Positions 50,706 to 61,696 of a stretch of 64,000 nt of DNA are shown piece by piece (the first letter of the stretch is position 1; each line of letters opens with the position of its first letter). The position numbers were made by a program, and so were the translations under genes. The stretch is from the NCBI GenBank assembly GCA_030704615.1, contig CM060732.1:55862001-55926000 (forward strand). The letters run 5' to 3'. Source of the stretch: Takakia lepidozioides (Eukaryota > Plantae > Bryophyta). The notes beneath the pieces were generated by a model. It saw only the letters and a list, made by a program, of their open reading frames with translations. It was not told the origin of the DNA and ran no database searches.

Positions 50706-51704
50706 CTATCCGCCATAAGTCGCTCCACCCGCTTTTCCTTTCGAAGCACCGGGTGCCGCCTTGACGTGTGAAGGACCTCCCTTCGATTTCCACGTGCCAT
50801 TTTCGTCGCGTGGCCTATCCCACTTCTTTTCCGGTCGGGAGGAGTCACCTTCCCGCCGGGTCTTCTTGTGGTTCAGCTCCGTACGGCCTTGTCTCTCACC
50901 CCTAGGGACATCCGAGAAACATTCAGCTCTCTCAATTGCCTCGTTCAAAGTCTTGGGTGGCTTCTCCTCCAACTTCCGCCTAGCCCATGGGGCCAGTCCC
51001 GCCACAAAGTTGAAGACCATTTCTGGTTCTGCCATGTCCGCGACTTCGAGCAACAGCACATTGAAAGCCTGGACATACCCCCGAATGTCATCTGTTTGCT
51101 TCAAATTCCTCATCTTGTCCCGGGCAAGCCAGGATGCGTTGAGGGGCACAAACTGTCTCTTCATCAATTCCTTGAACTCACTCCAGTTCAAGGTTTCCGG
51201 GCTTGGGCCTCGGTCGTGAAGGCGTTTCTGCCACCATTGTTGAGCATAGCCCCTCAAATAGGTGGGAGCCACTTCCACCCGATCCTCGTCACTCAACTTG
51301 GCCGCCCGGAAGTACTGCTCTAGCTCCAGGAGCCAGGTGTTGAGTGCCTTCCGGTTTCGAACGCCCTCGAAGGTGCCGGGTTCCTTAGGCTTCACCTTAA
51401 ACTTTGCCTTGGTGGAAGTGGCATTAGCCGCCTTCAACACGTCTTTCAACGTCCCGCCAAACTGCGCCAACAACCCTTCCCAAAAGGCTGCCGGCATGGG
51501 AGGCATCTCTTGGTTTGTCGGAGCTCTCAAAGATTCCTCGGGCTCCGACTCCTCGGATTCCTCCCGCTCCTGAGCGGCCTCGTTTTCGGAAACATTAATC
51601 GCTTCCTCAAACGGCCGCCTCGGTGACACGTCGCCCCCATCGGGCTCACCGGGATCATCATCTTTTGGGCCGTTCCGCTTTCGCTTCGGCTTGCCCGACC
51701 CCAT
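50706..51704 (-). CDS. gag: Gag (retrotransposon gag domain)
   Basis: PGTFEG..WLLELEQYF..YLRGYAQQWW..WSEFKELM..LKQT..YVQAF..FVAGL. Same frame as pol, separated by one TAG. Confidence 0.9.
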   Translation of the reverse strand: MGSGKPKRKRNGPKDDDPGEPDGGDVSPRRPFEEAINVSENEAAQEREESEESEPEESLRAPTNQEMPPMPAAFWEGLLAQFGGTLKDVLKAANATSTKAKFKVKPKEPGTFEGVRNRKALNTWLLELEQYFRAAKLSDEDRVEVAPTYLRGYAQQWWQKRLHDRGPSPETLNWSEFKELMKRQFVPLNASWLARDKMRNLKQTDDIRGYVQAFNVLLLEVADMAEPEMVFNFVAGLAPWARRKLEEKPPKTLNEAIERAECFSDVPRGERQGRTELNHKKTRREGDSSRPEKKWDRPRDENGTWKSKGGPSHVKAAPGASKGKAGGATYGG

Positions 51705-51745
51705 GATGAGGCCAATCCCAAGGACGATCGCGTACTGAACTCTAA

Positions 51746-51757
51746 GCTCTGATACCA
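51746..51757 (-). other. Primer binding site (tRNA-iMet)
   Basis: TGGTATCAGAGC, 2 nt inside the 5' LTR. Confidence 0.95.
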
Positions 51758-51759
51758 AG

Positions 51760-52483
51760 TGTCGCACACCTCAGTTCGGTAAACTCCCCTTCAAGTCATA
51801 GTTACTCGCTTTGATGCGCGCGCCTGACTCCCAACCTGGCCGCCGGGCCAACTTGGAGTTTCGGCTGCTCACCGGGACATAACGGTCCCCTTCCGCTTCC
51901 CTCTAAACCCTCCACCTATTTGGGACTAGGAGAATTCCCTTTGGTAGATGGCAGTCCGGAACAGCTCCCCACTCTTTGGTCGCTTTTCGGCTCGCACGCT
52001 TACTCACTAGTTTTTGGTCACCAACGGGCTTGCACCGTTCTCGGGGTTACTACTCCCTATATATACTTCTGTAGCTGTCCGCGGGGGTTTCATAACCAGC
52101 CATGCCATTTTATGGCGAACCACCACGAAAACCCTCGACTCCCGGTGGTGAGTCGCGGTGAGTCTTGGCCCACTCACCGCGGCCCCAATGGACCGTGATG
52201 AGTCCCAAGACTCCCCACGACTCCCACCTCGAGGTCTCCACCCCATGGTGAGTCCTATGCCACCCCCACTAAGTCCCACTAAGCTACCACCACCCCTTGT
52301 GGAGCCACCTCCACCGCAACCCGGTGTGCGGGGCTCCACCTAGTGAGCGCCTCCGCCTCCTTGAGTGCCTTGGGCACTCAAGGGTGCTTCAGCCCCCCAT
52401 ACCTATCGCTGCTGCTGCCCCCACCACAGGGGCAGCCCCTCATGTGTCCCGACCCCCTGCCCTCAAGGCAAAGGGCCGCGACA
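51760..52483 (-). repeat. 5' LTR
   Basis: Direct repeat of 45512-46235. Confidence 0.97.
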
Positions 52484-53620
52484 GTCCAGCTGACTGATAT
52501 CAGAAGAGACGGACAGACCAGCAGTCCGACGGCTCAGCAGACTCACGGCAATGCGGATAATCGGACTCATATCAGAAGAGACGGACTTCCAGCTGACGAA
52601 CGGTTCAACAAACTGACGAGAGAAGAGACTTCGGGGATAAGACGAGAGAAGACACTTTGGATTTGGCAGGCAGTGATGGCCCAGTAGTCCAGTGAAGAAC
52701 AAACTCACGCCACACCAGACTTGTATCCTTACAGACCAACAGTCCAGCAGACCAAACTAATATCCCATCAGAACCACGCTTGGCGTCGCCGTCATGCCGT
52801 GGTTGCGTTTCATCCGTCCAGCAGACTTGCATATGCCCAGACTCATGGCACAACACACTGCTTAGAGAAAGTACTGACAAAGACGCAGTCGAAGAGCCTG
52901 TTGATCCACGCGCATTTGCAATTGTAAGGACCTCGAACATCCACAAGCAACGTGAATCCACATCTCTCAGGCTACGTCTCCTTTCCCATTGTCCAGTTTT
53001 CAAGGAGACGGTAGTGGTTGAGATGTGATGTTTCAGGAGGTGCATCTGGATGTTTGAGGACCTTTGGACTGGATCCTGTTCCGTTCACACTCTCCGCAGT
53101 TCCCAGACATGTGGTGGCAGAGACGTCCTCCCCTGAACAGTCTCATCGGTGGACATAAATTCTGCAATGTATACACGTCCCTTCTTGGGTTCTGGTTTTC
53201 TTCCTCTCTCATGTTTCCTTCCATTTTGTCCCATAAGCTCTATGAGCTTTCCGCGCATATGCTTCCGCGATTTCCGCTATCGTGTTTTCAATGGTTTCCT
53301 GCTCTATACGAAGGAGCTCGGACTCGGAGACACACCAAACCGTAAACGCATGTAATTTTTCCACATATCGTCCTAAAAAATAAGCACGTCAGCACAAAAT
53401 GAAGGCGAAAATAGTGGAAGCATATGCACGACGGTGGCTGTAGAGCCCCGCCAGCCCTCTCATGTTCAGGCACACCCTTCATCGTCATTAAAATCGCCAT
53501 AAACAAGAACAACAGCCGCATGCGTGCAAAGTCACCTCCGCAACATTAGACAACAAAGAGCCGCAAGAACGAGACAACAAGAACGAGTGGGCGAGTTTGT
53601 GGCAGGGTGTTACGATCTTC

Positions 53621-54036
53621 CATGCCCTAAACATGGATGGCGCGGATGGGTTTCTCAGAATGGACGATCCAGATCCTTCGGCCGTGCGGACTGGCAGACT
53701 GGGGGGCAGCAGACGAGCACAACGGACTGTTGGGTGGACTTGCGGGGACTGGCACAGCGGACTGGCGTGCACAGCAGACTGGCCGGTAGACTGGCGGTTT
53801 GGCGGACTGAGGGGAACTGGACTCACGGGCAGCGGACTAGTGGGCGGACTGGCCGCGACAGACTGGGGGCGCGGCGGAGCGCAGGCGAGGCAACAGGTGG
53901 GCGACCGCGCGCAGCGGCGGGGGGGGGGGGGGGGGGGGGGGGGGTCCGGGTGGGGGGAGCCGGGCGTCCGTGCGCGGGGCCCACCGGTCAGCTCGCGCGT
54001 GCGCCATAACGTCCCAATTATTGTAAAATGAGAGGC
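53621..54036 (-). repeat. Right TIR of the MULE, including a G26 run (53919-53944)
   Basis: Inverted copy of the left TIR plus an extra GC-rich segment at 53849-54015. Confidence 0.9.
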
Positions 54037-54479
54037 TTTATTTTGGTTATAGATCAAAAAGGGGATAAGATAAAACCTTATTTGAAGAAAAGTTCAACTC
54101 TTGCCGACAATGCAAGCATATTTTTTATGTTAATTTGATTTTCTTAGAGGGATGGAGGCTTGGCAAAATTAGAAGCCAAGGGGAAATAACCACACTTTAT
54201 GGTCTCACTTCACCCCAAGAGCCTACCGCCTTCATTTGGAAAGAAGACACCTTCTATTGGCCGAAACAAATGTGGTTGTTCCACATACTCAAAAGTTCCC
54301 ATATACCATATACCAGACTTTCGGTGGCCAATTGATTCAACAACCTCCCTTTTATAGCTTGGTTGGGGACATCCAACATACACCTATACACGACTTTGAA
54401 CCTGCTACCATTTGTAAGGCTGTGAAGTCCCATATTCGATCTCATGATGGATTCCATTCTGTTGTTTGCCTTAATGATA

Positions 54480-57130
54480 AAGTGACTGGCTGTTGAAACA
54501 CATTACTTGACTACCATACTTGCCTACGCTATTCCTTAGGACCCTGTCGGACTAGTTAAATATTTTTTGAAGAAGGGGTCCGGCAGGCTTTTTGGGAATT
54601 TCTGCAGTTCCGACAGTAATAATGGTAAGTAATAAAAAAGCGCTAATATAGCAGATGTACATGGCTAGTATAGTGGTAATGTGCAAGATTGTGGCCGGAT
54701 AGGTCTCATGTGATCTCCTTGGTGTACCAGAACTGTGAGGTGTAGGATGTAAAGTGTGGATTTTGCATATTGGATTGTGAGTGGACATTGGGAGAATAGC
54801 CTCTAGAGAGAGATTCCCCATGTCAAGCAAAGCTCGTTCTGCGTGTTGCATACCTCGTTCAAGAACCAAGCCGGTAGAGGAGAGAGCATATTCCAGCTTA
54901 GAAAGACTTGCTAGAGATGCGGGGTAGAAAACACTTTCCTTGCAAAAGCATTGTCAAGTGTTTTGGATCGAGGCTTCAGAGGTGAAGTTCGATTACTTCT
55001 TGCTACCCTTGAACGAAAGTCTATTCAGATTCGTAAAGGTCAAGTTCTAGCCAGACTCATTGCTTTGTCTATTGCTGAAATATCTTATGTTAAGACAACT
55101 CTTCATTTTGGGGACATTGGCTTAGTGGATAACCCTGTGGATGAATAATTAGTGGCCTTGGCTAGCCATGCAACGGTTCAGCAGGAGACAGATCTGAGTC
55201 TTGAACAGGAAGCTCACCTTTAGCAAGTTATTTTTGTTTTCCCTCTGGGCTAGTCCCATTGTCCTGCTGGCTGGTTGCCAAAAAAGATAGATCCAATAGA
55301 TTTTGTGTTAATTTTCGTCATCTCAATGCCATGACCATAAAAGATGTTTACCCCTTACCACGTATTCATGAGACCCTGCAGGACCAACTCAGTGGTGCCA
55401 CCATCTTTTCATTAAATTGGATCTAGCTGCTGGATTCTAGCATGTTTCTTTGACATAAGCCTCAAAAGAGAAGACGGCCTTCACCTGTAACTATGGAATG
55501 TTTCAATAAACTATGCCTTTTGGCCTTTGCAATGCCACAACCACGTTTCAACGGTTCATGGATGTGGTCCTTGGCAACCTCAGGTGGGAATGTGCCTTGG
55601 TTTACGTCGATGACAGTAATGTTTACTCTTCTAATTTTGATTTTCACCTACTGGATCTTCAAAGGGTTTTCTGCAGGCTCAAAGCAGCCGGATTCAAAAC
55701 TAAGGCAAAGAAATGTGATCTTGCATGGCAGAAACTCCAAATTTTGGGCCATGTTCTATGTGGGGAAGGAATAATTAAGCCAGATCTGGCCAAGGTACAA
55801 GCTGTGTGGGATTTTCCCGTTCCTAGAGACAAACATTGCCTTCGTGCCTTCCTTGGTCTTGCATCTTGTTGCGATTCATCCATCTGTTTGCCAAGATGTC
55901 TGGTCCTCTGTTTCGGCTGCTTTGTAAAGAAGTCAGATTCCAGTGGACTAAGTCTGAAGCTCAAGCCTTTGAAAAGTTAAAAGTGGCTCTTACGACTGCC
56001 CCTATGCTTATCTATCATGACTTTACCTTACGATTTTTGTTTCAAACTGACGCTAGTGACTTGGCTGTTTCAGCCATCTTGAGTCAACGAAAAGAAGGCA
56101 AGGAGCACGTAGTGGCTTATGCCTCGAGACGGCTGGATAAGCATGAAAGAAATTACATGAGTATTACTGATAAAGAAGGCTTAGCAATCATCTTTGGGAT
56201 CAAACATTTTAGGCAATACTTGCATGCAGGCTGTCATTTCACATTGGAAACTGACTATCTCCCGCCTTAGGCTCTTAAAACCCCACATGAATTATCTGGT
56301 AGGCTGGCTCGCTAATCTCTTATGTTACAAGGTTTTGAGTATGATGTGGTCTACAAGAAATGTAAGGAAAACAACAATGCTGATGTCTTGACCAGAGGTG
56401 AGACCAAGGTTCCCACTCCCTACCTCACACTTGATGGCATGTATGTATCCCAGCAGGCCTCTCCCGATCCATCAACAATTTCCCCATGTGATGATCTTGT
56501 TTTGCTACATTTTTTTTATGAGACTCCTCGTCCTATGGACTTGCTGTCTAGTTGGGATCTTATTAACTTTGTTGTTGGTTAAACTGATCTTCTGTGTTGG
56601 GGTGTGCAGTAGTCTGTTTGCTTTAGATCCAGCCTAGGTTTTGTTCTTTCCCCTCTAGTAGCTTCATGCTTTCAACATCATGTCATCCTTTTGTTGCATT
56701 GCTTCCAAGGGAACTCGTACATTATGACCATGTTGTGACAACATTCATCCATGCAGGACGTGGTCCAGGAGACTCCTGCTATCCTGTAACTAACCCACTG
56801 CTGTGGGACCATGTCTAGATCAGCCATGGATGTTAATTAGCTTACATGAAGCCCTGCTCCATAAGTGCAAGACTGGCACTCAGCTTTTTGGCTTTGCCAA
56901 GACTCTTCAAATGCAAGTTACCTATCATTTTCCCTATCATGAGGAGCGTGAAGGAAAGTTGTTCAATGAATTGTGGAAGGTCTCACCTATGCTATGGAAG
57001 TTCCATGTAGGAATTCAGTCCCAACATTGTTTGAACTCTTTCATGCTTCAGCTTATGCGGGTCACTTGGGAGTGACATGTACCATCAAACAGTTATAGGA
57101 AGTCTATTGTCAGAAGGATATGACCAGTGA
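54480..57130 (+). mobile_element. Heavily decayed Ty3/gypsy internal region (PR?-dUTPase-RT-RNase H-integrase Zn finger)
   Basis: RFCVNFRHLNAMTIKDVYPLPRI, MPFGLCNATTTFQRFM..YVDD, QTDASDLAVSAILSQ..VVAYASRRL and HASAYAGHLG. Many stops and frameshifts. No LTRs identified. Confidence 0.85.
54850..55085 (+). pseudogene. dUTPase-like domain remnant
   Basis: SVLDRGFRGEVRLLL...IQIRKGQVLARLI resembles dUTPase motifs III-IV (GvIDxdYrGE; KGdRIAQL). IPRS just upstream resembles motif II. Confidence 0.6.
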
Positions 57131-57133
57131 TGA

Positions 57134-57590
57134 TTTACATATATTGTCATGATCGTTATCCCAGCACTTCGGCCTTACTTAAACGACAAAAATATGCTCC
57201 ACTCATCCTCGCAATTCGCCAATGAGGTTATAACACCAACCCACTAATCGTCGTCAGTGCTGGAACTAGAGGTGGCATCTAGAATGATAGTATTACCGCA
57301 ATACACAAGAATTTTAATATTCCTATCTCCTCTATCCATAAATGCTTCAAGACAATCTACCTCACAGTGTTGGGCCGCTCCCTCACAACTATTATCACTC
57401 AAGGCCAAAACTCAAATCCAACCCCCCCTCAGTACCCTAGGTACCCTCTCCATTGGACGTTCGGTGTTCCCTAGACACCCGTAGGCTCAGCCTGTTTTCT
57501 TTATAGGGCCCACCCCTGAAAGAGGGCAATAGCCGTGAGGCAAAGTGACTCTTAGTTATGCCGGTTTCAGCTGAAATCTTATCTCTTTCT
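57134..57590 (+). mobile_element. 3' fragment of a non-LTR retrotransposon with a restriction-like endonuclease (RLE) C-terminus
   Basis: Translates as YCHDRYPSTSALLKRQKYAPLILAIRQ*GYNTNPLIVVSAGTRGGI*NDSITAIHKNFNIP, followed by the shared 3' motif. Confidence 0.7.
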
Positions 57591-57778
57591 TATATTTTTG
57601 ACATAGTAATATTGAAATTGTAATTTTTCTATTTGTAAATTGATATCATTAAAAAATTAGATGAAATTTTAAAAATAAAAAAAATGACGACATAAGTCAA
57701 TCTTTCAACATTTAAGTTTTATAAGCATCCATATTGTTTAAATTTCTCACAATTGCACACAAAAACATGTATGTGACA

Positions 57779-58654
57779 TCATAATATGGCTTGAAATTGT
57801 CTCTCAAAAGTGTAATGATGGTGGGAAGAGTCGTCAGCACACCACATCATAATGCCATTGATCCCATGCGGTTGTTTTTTAAGTATAGCTATAGCGGTGA
57901 AGAAATCTTTCCCTTGAAGTCCTCGTCCTCCTACCTCATAGCTGAGAAGAAGTTTTTCATAGCTAAAAGCAGTGGTGCCAAGATGGTTGTAGAGTTTCAC
58001 AAATTCAGTAACAGAAGTCAATTTGTTGTTCTCACCATAGAATTGGTAGCTGACATAATCAATTACAGAGCCGTATTTTTTGAACAAGTCAGTGTAGTAT
58101 GATATTGAGGTTGAGAAAGGAGCGATTGTTGCAACAGTGATGGTCTTCGCCCTCTTAAGCTCGGTGATTAACTTTCCAATGGAGGATGCAAAACTCTTGA
58201 CCGGATCTTGGAAGTTCTCATAATCAATATCGATACCATCCAGATGGTAGGCATGAATGAACTTCGTTAAGGAAGTAATAGCATTGTTCAACCATGTTGC
58301 TTGATCTTTGGGATCATACCAATATACCAACTGGGTTTTCTGGCTGGTGGTATAGAGGCTATAGCCAGCCAAACTTACTAGCACTTTCACATTAGGGTGT
58401 TTTTTCTTGATTTGTTGCACTGATAGCGGAGTCAGCGTGTTTTCCCAGTAAGAGAGAAATTTGCCATTCCGAATTTGACCATTTCCATTAGCATCAATGG
58501 CAAAACTCAATATGAAGTAGAATTCCACATTGTTGCTGATAGGCACTTTATCAAAGTAGACAGGAAATCCTTGTGCTCCAATGTAGTCAATGAACACTTT
58601 CTTAGGACGCGCAGCAGGAGAGATAGCACCTGGCGCAAGATCACAAAGATTCAT
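57779..58654 (-). CDS. GH18 chitinase (narbonin-like/class IIIb type); N-terminal signal exon not resolved
   Basis: FIDYIGA, FYFILSFAID, KHPNVKVLVSLAG, LDGIDIDYE (intact DxDxE), IDYVSYQFY and GIMMWCADDS. Probable acceptor at gcgccag near 58630. Confidence 0.9.
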   Translation of the reverse strand: MNLCDLAPGAISPAARPKKVFIDYIGAQGFPVYFDKVPISNNVEFYFILSFAIDANGNGQIRNGKFLSYWENTLTPLSVQQIKKKHPNVKVLVSLAGYSLYTTSQKTQLVYWYDPKDQATWLNNAITSLTKFIHAYHLDGIDIDYENFQDPVKSFASSIGKLITELKRAKTITVATIAPFSTSISYYTDLFKKYGSVIDYVSYQFYGENNKLTSVTEFVKLYNHLGTTAFSYEKLLLSYEVGGRGLQGKDFFTAIAILKKQPHGINGIMMWCADDSSHHHYTFERQFQAIL

Positions 58655-59857
58655 TTAGAATCAAGAGCTACAAACCTTAACTCAAAATCATACCTCTCGT
58701 TAAACTTCACCACCCTTGAAAGAGATCTTATAGATAACAAAAACTATTTGCGGTATCACAAGGGTCTAGTGTGTTCATCATGCAAAATTAATAAGATATA
58801 TTAAAAGACATTGAATGGTTTCATTACCATTATATAACAACATTGGAAACGTGACAATCCAAACTACAGAAACGCAGAGAAATATATATTGGCTGGCACA
58901 TACATCAGTGTTGCATGATACTATTGCCCGTAGTAAATAAGATTCTAGTTCTTCCTTAGATAGTCGAGCATTTGTGTTCCAACAAGTGGTACTCTAGAAG
59001 TCTGTTGCCATGAGATTTTGAGGGAACGTTGTAGATATTCAATAAGGGGTTGCAAGAGTTTGATGTATGGATGATTCTAGACGTCTAGGAGTGAGATTGT
59101 GGGTATTAATGTGAGTTCTAATACCTGATCGAGGATTCTGAGTGCGGCTTTCCTTGTGCTCTATAGCATGGATGTGAAATTTGCATGTTGGTTTCTCTTT
59201 AGGATTGTAAACAAATATATGTGGTGAGAATTCTGAGCTCGCTCTTAGAACGTCTAATAAGCTAGTCTACTTTACATCGAAGTGTCTATAACTGTAAATT
59301 CATTTATCTACTAGTTATCTCTTGCGAACACTCTACATAGGCAGCTAGCTCAAGTTGTATATACAATCAGATACATATTACCAATAATGTTATACATATA
59401 TACAACACAAGTATCTGCATAACTAACTTTTTGTTGTAGAGATGGCCTTATCGGTTGGCGCACCCAATGCCGATCCTTGGAGTATAAGCAACGCATTCAT
59501 CAACAACACACAAGCCCACAATTGCAACATCCCCATCATTCTTTCTAGAGCTCCCTCCTATACAATCAATGAGAAGAGATATTGCATTTCGTTGATATTT
59601 CTATTTTGACGCTTATATATAATAATAATATAATTATGAACATGTAAGTTTCCTCTGCACAGCAGGTTGGGTCAATAAAAGTGACGCCCCACTAATAATT
59701 AATGATTACTCTCTGAGCGCGGTGATATGTTGACCCCACTCAACTTAGACTTGGGCTTCAAATATAGAATAGTCAGGTCGTAGCCGGCGCAATTTAAAGC
59801 CACTTTGCCTTTAGTTTTGGAGCTAGTGTTCTTGGTCTTTCCGAAAGATTTATTTAA

Positions 59858-60511
59858 CCCTTAAACGCACAGTGCCATAGTTTGACTCTTTCAAAAAATA
59901 GGATTCCCATAGTCAAAAAATGATAAACTTTTAGAAAATTAACTTTTGTACGAACTTGACCGCACATTATGTGTGTATCTTCCTCCTACACCCACGGGTC
60001 AATTTCTGGGGCAATCGGCCCCAGATCCAGAAAAACACCACCATTGAATGTGGGGCCCATTATTGGGGCCCATTGAATAAACATATCATTTTTTGGTAGT
60101 TTTTTTAAGATTTGAATGACGGGGCCAACTCGGAGTCAGCGAGATTAGTATGGCTTCCTTGGAATCTCTCATCCAATTATCCAAAAACAATCCAAGAACG
60201 CATGTGGTGCTGCCACTTGGTTAAACCGAGGCAAATCCCCTCACAATGACCCTTTCACACACACGTGTGAAGAGATCTTAGCATGAAAAAGAGAGAATTA
60301 CCTTCAGCAAAACCTGACCCCCTTAATGCTTACACGATGCGACGACTTTTCTTTAACTCAAGATTAGGGCAACCAGTTGCCCAATCCTGACAGTCCACGA
60401 CAAGGGCCATTCTATGGCATTGATTTCATAAAATTTGAAGCAAATCTGAAAAAGCAATTTACATTTCAATAGGCCCGGAAGCCCGTTTTGGGCCCGGTGA
60501 GTGTTTAAGGG
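59858..60511. mobile_element. Non-autonomous piggyBac-like element (MITE)
   Basis: TTAA|CCCTTAAACGCAC ... GAGTGTTTAAGGG|TTTA. The TIRs start with CCC and sit at a TTAA-type site, with one mismatch on the right. Confidence 0.6.
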
Positions 60512-61520
60512 TTTATTACTAAAACAATGCTAGGGTCATAGTGTGTATTAGTAGTCAAAGCAATGTGACTCACAAATGAGCTTTTGTCTTTTATTTCTAT
60601 GTTGTGTTATATTTGAGAAGACAAAAATAACATGAGTTGTAAAAAGTGATTCATTAACTGGCCATTGAAATGTGGATGCAATTGCAATAAACATTCCATC
60701 GAGTGTTTTGTCCGTAAAATCAAAATGGATTTGACAATCATAGTTCAAAAATAATAGACGCATATTTAGAATGTTCATGTCATGAAAAATTCTAGGTTGA
60801 CCAAGTATGAAGAATATGATGAAATATTCAAAAAAGTTGAAGTTGAAGTCACAAAATCAATTCCACGTAGTCGGAGTGCATATTATGAGATATTTATATG
60901 AAAAAATAATAAAATTAAACCAAAATAATGGATATGATTTGTATGACTCAACTTGTGTGAAGATGCTTGCCAAGCCGGTGTAACTAAGACCCGCTTTATC
61001 TTTTGGTTGTTCAGAACCAGCTACAATTTCAACTAGTTTATTAAAAAAATTACAAACCGATGCTTATTGAATGATCCAAAGATCAAAAGTATCATCTTTG
61101 TTTGGAATCCAAGATCTGGTTGTCGATTTTTGAAATAAAAATCCAAAATCAAAAATAGTAAAAAATAATATGTATATGAGAATGTTAAGGAATAATGTAA
61201 GAAATAATACAATGTGCGATCTCTAACAAGACGATACGCTGCCGATTTTTGGCATATCACATTTTCCCCACCCCTTCTCGAGAGTGACACGAAACTGAAG
61301 GGAGTGTGACTCCATACAGGATCATACTGGGTTACATAGAAGAGAATGCAACTCCAATCAAAGTGATATTGAAGAGAATATAACTCCCATGTGGTCTCGA
61401 ATTTTGACGAAGTCCAAATTTGGCTAAGTATAAAATGCACTAAGATGGGCTACACAACACACAGAGTGACACGAACCGCAGGAACCTCGAGGTTACACCG
61501 ACCAAAGATTATATACTATC

Positions 61521-61587
61521 CATCCGTCAAGAATTGAACCCCATACCTCATCCTCCAATGCCATTGCCTTACCGGTAGGCTACGCAC
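61521..61587 (-). mobile_element. tRNA-derived SINE head or tRNA pseudogene
   Basis: A-box-like TAGCCTACCGG and B-box-like GGTTCAATTC at tRNA-like spacing. No clean cloverleaf. Confidence 0.45.
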
Positions 61588-61620
61588 AATTGCTTTAAAT
61601 TATCTTATGCATTCTAAAGT

Positions 61621-61696
61621 ACTAGGCTACGCGTTGCTCCACACTATTAATGACGACTTCCGAGAACAATGTTATTTTCTATTGGAAATATATTTC
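61621..61696 (+). repeat. About 78-bp dispersed repeat; second copy at 63043-63119
   Basis: actaggctacgcgttgctccacacta..tgacgacttc..acaatgtt..attgg.aatatattt occurs in both places. Confidence 0.75.

Larger units (their letters stand above)
45512..52483 (-). mobile_element. Full-length Ty3/gypsy chromovirus LTR retrotransposon (Galadriel-like by eye), very young
   Basis: Two 724-bp LTRs (TGTCGC...GCGACA), 5-bp TSD GTCCA at 45507-45511 and 52484-52488, tRNA-iMet PBS, PPT, and gag-PR-RT-RH-INT-chromodomain. Confidence 0.97.
36580..54036. mobile_element. Mutator-like element (MULE), 17.5 kb including the nested LTR element
   Basis: Termini GCCTCTCATTTTACAATAATT / AATTATTGTAAAATGAGAGGC. Perfect 9-bp TSD TTTATTTTG at 36571-36579 and 54037-54045. 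Long TIRs. Internal MULE transposase with SWIM finger and a Ulp1 protease. Confidence 0.93.

Noticed and set aside
45672-52687. Duplicated small ORFs in the LTRs (92, 110 and 61 aa)
   Set aside because: They are duplicated only because the LTRs are, and have no recognisable domains.
36137-57590. The repeats at 36137 and 57491 as LTRs of the decayed gypsy element
   Set aside because: No TG..CA ends, PBS or TSD. A third copy at 63825 and the preceding RLE-like peptide point to LINE 3' ends.
61521-61587. Functional tRNA gene
   Set aside because: A and B boxes are present, but the acceptor and anticodon stems do not pair convincingly.
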